From a virus (Duplodnaviria; Caudoviricetes): a stretch of DNA of 64,000 nt. The notes beneath the pieces are model-generated. The model searched no databases, had not been told where the DNA came from, and saw nothing but the letters and a program-made list of their open reading frames with translations. The stretch is taken from IMG/VR virus record IMGVR_UViG_3300042542_006078, one strand, 5' to 3'. Both the position numbers and the translations under genes were made by a program. Below, one piece after another: positions 57,027-63,883 of this stretch; the first letter of the stretch is position 1, and every line of letters begins with the position of its first letter.

Positions 57027-57884
57027 ATGTTAAATTTCAAAAAATGGATTGAATTTTTTGAGGCATCTTTGACTAATGAGTTATCAATTGAAGATGCTGT
57101 AAATGCATTTGTTGAACCAAGACCAGAATATGAATTGACAGCATCTACACTTATCGATGCAAACTTGTGTCCAAGCAATAAGTCATTTATTTATCTCAGT
57201 TCAAAAGACAAAATCTATGTTGGACAAAATGGCGAATATCATAGAGAAATAATCGCAAGAGAAAAAACAATAGATCCCATCTTGGCATCGGAGCTTCAAA
57301 GATCTTACGAGACATCATATGGAGGAGAATCTTATACTGCGCCAGAAAACGCTGTTGGTAGGATTGGCTATGGAGTCAATTATGATAGACTTAAAAAAAT
57401 ATTACCACTTGCAAATATCAAAGGTTTTTTGAGCAATGAAAAAGAAATTAGTGATGGAGAAGCAGCAATGCATATTTTTATGCCAACATCATTTCCTATC
57501 AAAAAATTGTTCAGCGAAATTGATGTCATAGCAATTTATTCTGGAGTCAAAACCCCAATTTCTGTTGCTGCAAGAGCAGTGCAATTATTGATGGAGAATT
57601 CATCATATTCGCCAAGAAATATAGACAACACAATAGTCATGTATGACAATAAGGCCCATTTTGGCAAAGAATTCATTACTCACGCATCTTCTCCATCCAG
57701 CGAAGAAGAACAATTAGATAAAAAAGAAGAACCTAAAATTACAACTCAGCAATCAAAAGAAAGAAGTCGTAGATTTATTCCCAAGCCTCAAACAATAAGA
57801 CAGGCAGCTTATCAAGCTGGTATTCCAATGGGTGATTGGACAAACTACCCCTACATTTTTAGAGGAAATAATTATAATGGATAA
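57027..57884 (+). CDS. paralog C of the tandem family
   Basis: MLNFKKWIEFFEAS; KSFIYL..KIYVG..GEYH; VGRIGY; shared tail; CTAAATA at 57016. Confidence 0.75.
   Translation: MLNFKKWIEFFEASLTNELSIEDAVNAFVEPRPEYELTASTLIDANLCPSNKSFIYLSSKDKIYVGQNGEYHREIIAREKTIDPILASELQRSYETSYGGESYTAPENAVGRIGYGVNYDRLKKILPLANIKGFLSNEKEISDGEAAMHIFMPTSFPIKKLFSEIDVIAIYSGVKTPISVAARAVQLLMENSSYSPRNIDNTIVMYDNKAHFGKEFITHASSPSSEEEQLDKKEEPKITTQQSKERSRRFIPKPQTIRQAAYQAGIPMGDWTNYPYIFRGNNYNG
57675..57847 (+). repeat. 3'-cassette copy C
   Basis: direct repeat of 56818-56990. Confidence 0.92.
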
Positions 57885-59538
57885 GGTTAATTTTTCAGAA
57901 TGGCTTGAACTTCGTGAAGAAAAAGATGCCTGTTACCATAAGGTAAAAAGACGATACAAAGTATGGCCATCAGCCTACGCCTGTGTTCCTACAAAAACTT
58001 CAAAAGCACTTACAAAAGAAGGCTGGAAGCATTACGAAGAATTAAGTGTAGGAGATGAAATACTTACATACAGTATGGCAAAGGATTCCTTAGAATTTCA
58101 ACCAATTAAAAATTTGTATTCTTATCAAGACGCTGAAACATATGTAGTTCAAAATGGCAATAAAGGTTTGAAGTTTGAGTGTACTCCAAATCATAAGTGG
58201 GTTGTTAAATATAATTCATGCAAAGAGAATATAGGAACAAAAAAATACACAGATTTAGTTAATGATATGAGGCTTGTCACAACTGAAGAGTTATTGGCAG
58301 ACTCTGAAAGCAATGGAAAATTAGTAATAAGTTCAAATTATAGTGACGATAATATTGTAGAATTAGAAAATTTCAATCTTATTGAGGAAAGAAAAGCTGA
58401 TGTGTGGTGTCCTGAAACAGATAATGGCACTTGGTTAATGATGCAAGAAAATGATGGACATGAAATTATAACAATTACTGGAAACTCAGGCGCACTTGTC
58501 CGTTGTCGAAAAGTTGGAGCAAAGAATTGGGGAATATCTGAAAATGTTGATAAAATTGCAATCAGATATTTTCATGAAGATGGTCGTGGATTAATGAATA
58601 ATTCATCTTTGAATTATGACAAATTAGATGATGAAGAATATTCCGATGTAGAAGATGAGTATCTAGGATTAAGTCAACCACCATCAGACTTACACAATAA
58701 AAAAATAGTTTTTGCATTTACGCCTGAAGGCGAACAAAAACACAATAGACTAATCGAACTCTTATCTAAAGCATCAAAAAAAGGTGTTCGTCGTGAAGTC
58801 TTAGATTTATCAGATTATCAAATAGAGTGGCAAAGTGGAGATGGTCAACTGGGATTAAAAAAATTAAGAAATCAAAGAGATGAATTTCATGAAGGAACTT
58901 TTGATTTAGAAAAAGAGAGAGGTCTTCGTGGTTGGTTTGATCGCAACAAAGGAAAAGGATGGATTGATTGCAAAGCCAGTAAAAAAGGACATCTGGTGCC
59001 ATGCGGCAGAAAAAAAGCAGGAAAAGGCACTGAACGAAAATATCCTGCTTGCAGACCAACATTAAGTGCCTGCAACAAATCGAAACATAAAAAGAAAACT
59101 AGTAAGGCAATAAGTTGGAAAACCAAAAGTGAAACTTATTATCACACCACAAACTGCATTTTGGAGGGCATGATGAACAATTATTATGAATGGATGAATT
59201 CCATAACACACTTTTTTGAAAATCAAGAAAATTATGGGTCTTCATGGGGAGAGATCGAAAATTTTCTAAAAAGAAGCACATGCAATGAAAAAAGAGTTCA
59301 CGGTTTTTGTAGCCACCCAAGATGTGATAAGGCTCAAAATTTGATGGACACCGCAAGTGATGGTTCAGCTATGTCGCCAAATGACATGGAGAGAATTCAA
59401 AAATTTATTCATGAAAAATCTTGTTTTTCGATGAGAAAAGAAGGAATGTGTTTTCATCCTGCTTGTCGCACAAATCAAAGACACGCTGAATGGATTCAGG
59501 ATCAAATCAATCAAAATTACGGAAGCGAAGCGATCTAG
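57877..59538 (+). CDS. modular Cys-rich protein (possible polyprotein) containing a mini-intein
   Basis: ATG 57877 MDKVNFSEWLELREE; module DACYHKVK…WPSAYA|SGALVRCRKVGAKNWG; module GLRGWF…WIDC…PCGR…YPACRP; two C-x8-C-x-HP-x-C repeats. Confidence 0.75.
   Translation: MDKVNFSEWLELREEKDACYHKVKRRYKVWPSAYACVPTKTSKALTKEGWKHYEELSVGDEILTYSMAKDSLEFQPIKNLYSYQDAETYVVQNGNKGLKFECTPNHKWVVKYNSCKENIGTKKYTDLVNDMRLVTTEELLADSESNGKLVISSNYSDDNIVELENFNLIEERKADVWCPETDNGTWLMMQENDGHEIITITGNSGALVRCRKVGAKNWGISENVDKIAIRYFHEDGRGLMNNSSLNYDKLDDEEYSDVEDEYLGLSQPPSDLHNKKIVFAFTPEGEQKHNRLIELLSKASKKGVRREVLDLSDYQIEWQSGDGQLGLKKLRNQRDEFHEGTFDLEKERGLRGWFDRNKGKGWIDCKASKKGHLVPCGRKKAGKGTERKYPACRPTLSACNKSKHKKKTSKAISWKTKSETYYHTTNCILEGMMNNYYEWMNSITHFFENQENYGSSWGEIENFLKRSTCNEKRVHGFCSHPRCDKAQNLMDTASDGSAMSPNDMERIQKFIHEKSCFSMRKEGMCFHPACRTNQRHAEWIQDQINQNYGSEAI
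57982..58485 (+). mobile_element. mini-intein, 168 aa, no homing endonuclease
   Basis: block A CVPTKTSKALT…L.VGDEILT; block B TPNHKW; block F DVWCPETDNGTWL; block G ITGN followed by +1 Ser. Confidence 0.9.
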
Positions 59539-59540
59539 TC

Positions 59541-59756
59541 TTATTTTTTTGGATGATCTATTTCAATCATGCATTCTTTTCCTCCTTCCACAAAAGGCCA
59601 AGGATCGTGAATGCAGCTTGTTATTTCAACCGACTTGTCTGCAATCCAATCATTCATCTTTGGATCAAAATCTGGCATCTTAGGATGCCAGACTAATCTT
59701 CCTTTAAGGCCTTTGGTTATGTAACCGGGATAAAGGAAAATGGTTGTTGGCTTCAT
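59541..59756 (-). CDS. hypothetical protein
   Basis: 71 aa; promoter upstream on minus strand. Confidence 0.55.
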   Translation of the reverse strand: MKPTTIFLYPGYITKGLKGRLVWHPKMPDFDPKMNDWIADKSVEITSCIHDPWPFVEGGKECMIEIDHPKK

Positions 59757-59789
59757 CTTGTTTCCCCAAGGCTCTTCTTGTTTCGATTC

Positions 59790-59818
59790 AATTTAATGTT
59801 TTTATTACCGATAGTCAA
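59790..59818 (-). promoter_or_regulatory. sigma70-type promoter
   Basis: TTGACT-17-TAAATT on the minus strand. Confidence 0.55.
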
Positions 59819-59891
59819 GTATTTGATCGAGAATGGTCGATCAAAATAATAAATAGAATTGGCAGCAAAACAATTTTAAGCAAGGAGGCTT

Positions 59892-60056
59892 ATGTTTATT
59901 GTCTTATCTTTGATATCCATGTTTTTTGTTTTCATAGGTTTCTCTTTGATTATCGTGTCACTTTTCATGATATTCAGTCAAGAATATACCGAAGACTGCA
60001 ATAAATTAAATTCTACGCACATCCGCATGATTATAAGGATTTTGAGAAAAAAGTAG
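59892..60056 (+). CDS. 54-aa single-TM protein with basic C-terminus (not in the ORF track)
   Basis: SD aaggagg; ATAAATA at 59849; MFIVLSLISMFFVFIGFSLIIVSLFMIFSQEYTEDCNKLNSTHIRMIIRILRKK. Confidence 0.55.
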   Translation: MFIVLSLISMFFVFIGFSLIIVSLFMIFSQEYTEDCNKLNSTHIRMIIRILRKK

Positions 60057-60059
60057 AGA

Positions 60060-60317
60060 TTAAAAACTTTGCAAGAATATGGGGGTGTTAGGCCCCATCC
60101 AAGAACCACTAACATTAAATTCAAAAAATTCCTCTGCCTCTTCAAGATTCATTTCACGGCAGAGGATTTCTATACATTTATCTCTGTCGTAGATGGCAAG
60201 TGTTGGTTGGCTTATTCTTCTTCCGATTCCAATTAAAGCTTCATCATATCCATCTGCCAGTAAGGCATCTGGATTTTCATCAATAAGTTGTTCTTTGATT
60301 GCTTCGCATGAACGCAT
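60060..60317 (-). CDS. conserved phage hypothetical protein
   Basis: ADGYDEALIG…AIYDRDKCIEIL…EEAEEFFEFN..GSWMG..TPIF pattern common in large phages. Confidence 0.7.
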   Translation of the reverse strand: MRSCEAIKEQLIDENPDALLADGYDEALIGIGRRISQPTLAIYDRDKCIEILCREMNLEEAEEFFEFNVSGSWMGPNTPIFLQSF

Positions 60318-60392
60318 CGCATTCCCTCGTGTTGCTCATAATCTCTTTTGGCAATCATAAAGCAAAAAAGGTGAAAATCAATTACAAAAAAT

Positions 60393-60421
60393 AACCGCCA
60401 GAGCAAAATACTCTGGCGGTT
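60393..60421. terminator. intrinsic terminator-like hairpin
   Basis: aaccgccagag-caaaata-ctctggcggtt. Confidence 0.75.
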
Positions 60422-60451
60422 CAAGTTTTAATTTCTTTTTAGAAAATAAAA

Positions 60452-61174
60452 TTAGTTGGTTTCATCGGGTACAGTTATGGTATTGATTCTCTTTACCTTG
60501 AAGCCGGGAATAGAGTCATCAATTGTTTCAACAGTCACTTGTCTAGTCCGCACAGGAGGCTTGCTAGATTCAGTTTGTGAATTGCTTTTTGGGCGATTCA
60601 CGATTGCCTTCACCTCAACAACCCCACTCTTGTTGTTGCTCTTGGGGGGCACACGACGACGAACGCTTTCGTAATCATCATCTGCACCTTCATTTGGAGA
60701 AGAAGGTGAGTTTGGAAGTCTGTTCTTGGCGTAAAAAATACGCCACAGGTTAGCCGAATCAGACTTGTGGGCAGGGTTGGAATTAGGATAAGGTCCGAAA
60801 TCAACACGCCTATTAAGTTGCACTACAGCGATATAAGTCAAAGCTTCACGGGCTGCTTGAGAGACGAGAGGATCGGTGTCCTCCAGAAGCATGAAAAGTG
60901 TTTCATCAGGCTTATAAGCCATTCCTGCTGCAAAGGCAGCGGCAACCCTGTGAGTAGTATCTCCAGAAGTAATGGCTGGCATCAGCATGTCCGTATTGCT
61001 ACGGAGATTACGGGCCAATCCAGTTGCGTGAAGCCTCATCTGAGTAATGCTTTCAGGCGTATTAAAATAGCTCGTTCTCGATGGAGAACAATTTCCACTT
61101 TGGCATCCCACCGCTTGACACATTGCATCAAGACCGTTTTGTCCACCCACGAAAAGCAATGTCATTAACAACAT
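60452..61174 (-). CDS. secreted protein with HEAT/ARM-like repeat and low-complexity tail
   Basis: signal-like MLLMTLLFVGG; HRVAAAFAAG…LFMLLEDTDPLVSQAAREAL; SD aaggag. Confidence 0.6.
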   Translation of the reverse strand: MLLMTLLFVGGQNGLDAMCQAVGCQSGNCSPSRTSYFNTPESITQMRLHATGLARNLRSNTDMLMPAITSGDTTHRVAAAFAAGMAYKPDETLFMLLEDTDPLVSQAAREALTYIAVVQLNRRVDFGPYPNSNPAHKSDSANLWRIFYAKNRLPNSPSSPNEGADDDYESVRRRVPPKSNNKSGVVEVKAIVNRPKSNSQTESSKPPVRTRQVTVETIDDSIPGFKVKRINTITVPDETN

Positions 61175-61219
61175 TTGTTGAACTCCTTGTTTTATGCCGC
61201 CAATTTTTGACGGAATACT

Positions 61220-61252
61220 AAAAAACTGTGGCGAATAAATATCGCCACAGTT
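61220..61252 (-). terminator. intrinsic terminator
   Basis: 11-bp stem aactgtggcga/tcgccacagtt with U6 on the minus strand. Confidence 0.75.
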
Positions 61253-61394
61253 AAACTAATCTGTTTACTTGTTTTTGTAAAGTGTTGAACTACAAGGGCC
61301 TTTCTTGAAAACTAAACCAAACTTTCTATTTGTTGATATCTTGTGATAGAAAATTAAACATATTTTGTTTTTATTGTCAAGAAAATTATTTAAT

Positions 61395-62960
61395 TCAAGA
61401 CATGCCTAAAAGATTCTTGGCTTTAGCTTTCACTTCTTCGGCTATTTTCTGACCTGCATCGCTTTTAGCAAGTAGATCAACAACTTGGGAAAAGTAAAAA
61501 TAGACTAGAGAAACAAACTTGAATTTACCAGCTATTTCAAGGAAATCTGTGAATCCTGCTCCGTATGCCGTCAGGCCAGCAACTGTAGGACCAAGTATCG
61601 GATTTTTGATTGTGTGCTTTGCCATTCCAAGCATTGTTCCAAGTATCTTATTCAAAGATTCCAATTTCAACTTGTCCCTATCACCAGATCCAATTCCCTT
61701 TATTATTTCGTAAATCGCCAATGCTGCGGCGATTTTCTTACCAGTCAATTCAATCATCTTTGAATAACCAAACAAGAAATCAGCGCCCTTAATTGTTTTG
61801 CTTATTGTTGGATTTTTAGTGGCAAGATCGTAAACATTGGATATTTGAAGGTTTGAAAACATATCTCCAATTACATCATGCAAAGAATCAACATCTGAAA
61901 ACATATGATGAGCAGCATCTGCATAACTATGTTCCATAGCCTTGATTCGAGGCGTTCGCCAATCGCCAGATTGTGTTATCGCAGTTAAGTGGCCAAGGCT
62001 GACCCCTGTTCCAATAGTAGTTGGATCAATTATCCCCATATGTTCTTTTTCCTTGCCTATCATCTTCAATAAGTTTTTCTTAGGTCTGTATGGATTAATT
62101 TTGAACTCTTGATTGTTCACACTAAGAACGATCTCATCGCCACTACCAGACTTAACTATTTTGTTGCCAACAATTTGGCACCAGTCATTCCAAAGAACCT
62201 TTGAAATATCATCGCCATACAAATCTTGCAAAGTATCCAAGAATGCTGCATAGCCTCTCATTCCTACATTGCTGTCTTTTGCGACAACATCAAGAATTGG
62301 GTTTCCTTCTTTGTCCAAAACAACTTTCTTATTTTTTTTCCTCTTTTGCAAAGTAAATCCAGATTTTTTTTCTTTTGCTTTAATGTCTGCTCTTAACATT
62401 GTGTCATATGCTCTGGTATTCACAGAATCGATACAACCGAATTTACCAACTATCAATTGTGTTGCGAAAGCAGCCTTTGTAATTCCCAATCCCTCCACAT
62501 TTTGGTAAATGTACTTCCATATTTCAAATTCAGATGAAGTGCTAAGTGATGTGGTTTCACCTTTCATGAGTCGCATGATATTGCTAAAAATGGAATTTTT
62601 ATTTTTCCACAAATCAGCGATATAGAAAGCTTGATTTGGTCTTTTTTTGTTTGCGCCTATCATGTTTGCATATTTGTGGAAAGGCTGTAATTTATAATTC
62701 CAATTGTCGGTCCTTACTGCATCTTCAAAAATCCATTTCAAGAATTCAGGGAATGTTTGCCTTACAATCTGCCACTCTTTCTGAATTGTATAAAACACGA
62801 AAGCAAACACGATGAACATGTTCGTAGAATTGCTTTTTGCAAATTCATTTATTTTTGGGTTATGCAAGCAAAAACCGCTTACTTCTGAATCTCTTTTTTG
62901 ACCCAAAGTGATTAAAGTATCTTCTTCGGCAATTAGCCAATCTTTGAAATTAATGTTCAT
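61395..62960 (-). CDS. capsid-targeting-like leader + HhH DNA glycosylase-like domain + hydrophobic C-terminal domain
   Basis: MNINFKDWLIAEE; EGLGITKAAFATQLIVGKFGCIDSVN resembles the HhH-K…D motif; CTAAATA 4 nt before ATG. Confidence 0.55.
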   Translation of the reverse strand: MNINFKDWLIAEEDTLITLGQKRDSEVSGFCLHNPKINEFAKSNSTNMFIVFAFVFYTIQKEWQIVRQTFPEFLKWIFEDAVRTDNWNYKLQPFHKYANMIGANKKRPNQAFYIADLWKNKNSIFSNIMRLMKGETTSLSTSSEFEIWKYIYQNVEGLGITKAAFATQLIVGKFGCIDSVNTRAYDTMLRADIKAKEKKSGFTLQKRKKNKKVVLDKEGNPILDVVAKDSNVGMRGYAAFLDTLQDLYGDDISKVLWNDWCQIVGNKIVKSGSGDEIVLSVNNQEFKINPYRPKKNLLKMIGKEKEHMGIIDPTTIGTGVSLGHLTAITQSGDWRTPRIKAMEHSYADAAHHMFSDVDSLHDVIGDMFSNLQISNVYDLATKNPTISKTIKGADFLFGYSKMIELTGKKIAAALAIYEIIKGIGSGDRDKLKLESLNKILGTMLGMAKHTIKNPILGPTVAGLTAYGAGFTDFLEIAGKFKFVSLVYFYFSQVVDLLAKSDAGQKIAEEVKAKAKNLLGMS

Positions 62961-63883
62961 GAAATATTTAGCGATTCTTTTAGAAAATTATGGAAATTTT
63001 CAGGGCAAAACCATTTTTCCCATGTTTGTCTTGCAGCTATTGAAGCTTGTATCAAATTCCTTTTTTCTTTGAATTCATATATTTTCTGAGGTATTGAATC
63101 TATTTCGCTTTCTTTTACTCTTAAAACAAATTCGTCGTAATTAATTTTATGCTCAATCGGCAGTTTTGTTTCATCAGAGATTAAAATAGGAATCCTGCCA
63201 GAAGCGATTGTTTCAAAAAATCTTACAGATGACATGCCAAACCCTTTTGGGCATAGAACGAATTTGCTCATTTGTATCAAGCCGATATAATTTCTTTCTA
63301 TTTCTTCTGTTTCTCTTCCCATAAATTTTTCAAACCAATAGCGTTTATTTATCACGACATTTTTCAAGCCAGAAACAGAATTGGCAGCTTTTTTCCTGAT
63401 TTCATTGCAAAAGTATCCTTGAAAAGAAACATCGTAGTGGGCAAGGTCTATAGAAGAAATTAATTTCGGCACTTCAACAATTGGCTGATAATACAAACAC
63501 TTGTTTTTACTTGATTTGTTTACAGAAAAGGCAAAGACAATTGAATTTTCTAATGTTTTGATTGGTCTTGTTTCATCAGATCCAACAAAAAATATGTGCT
63601 TCTCGGGTTTGTGTTTGAAAAAAGCCAGATTTTCAGACAAGTGATTAAAAAGTTCTTTTTCGTCTTTTAGATGATGTGTGTGGATTATTAAATAAGGCAC
63701 AAGGAAATAATCACATTCAGATGGACTGTAGTTGGGTATTGAACTAATTTTTCCTATGTGGTGATAAGAATTGTTGAGTTTTGGCTTTTTTCCAATGTTT
63801 TTTTCATCAAATGGAGTGCAACACCATTCAGAGTTGTGGGTTCTTTCATTTAGGGATAAGCGATCATAGACATGAAATTTCAT
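62957..63883 (-). CDS. exostosin family (GT47) glycosyltransferase
   Basis: CDYFLVP, VSFQG, SKFVLCPKGFGMSSVRFFETIASGRIPILISD..LP. Confidence 0.88.
   Translation of the reverse strand: MKFHVYDRLSLNERTHNSEWCCTPFDEKNIGKKPKLNNSYHHIGKISSIPNYSPSECDYFLVPYLIIHTHHLKDEKELFNHLSENLAFFKHKPEKHIFFVGSDETRPIKTLENSIVFAFSVNKSSKNKCLYYQPIVEVPKLISSIDLAHYDVSFQGYFCNEIRKKAANSVSGLKNVVINKRYWFEKFMGRETEEIERNYIGLIQMSKFVLCPKGFGMSSVRFFETIASGRIPILISDETKLPIEHKINYDEFVLRVKESEIDSIPQKIYEFKEKRNLIQASIAARQTWEKWFCPENFHNFLKESLNIS

Noticed and set aside
56069-57847. Diversity-generating retroelement (template/variable repeat pair) in the paralog tails
   Set aside because: Mismatches between copies are not adenine-specific (T/C, G/C, G/A, A/T, mostly third positions), all copies are in-frame coding ends, and no reverse transcriptase is visible in the window.
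59744-60004. 86-aa ORF in the track
   Set aside because: It has no SD and overlaps a divergent promoter region. The frame starting at 59892, with a perfect SD, is the better gene call.
61285-61305. tRNA fragment on the minus strand (GCCCTTGTAGTTCAA)
   Set aside because: It resembles a tRNA 5' end, but no anticodon or T arm follows.
388-63463. Numerous 60-140 aa ORFs in the track lying antisense to or overlapping longer genes (e.g. 388-594, 1585-2004, 5618-5938, 10262-10780, 37454-37837, 41050-41427, 60767-61168)
   Set aside because: They are shadows of well-supported genes, with no motifs or SD sites.
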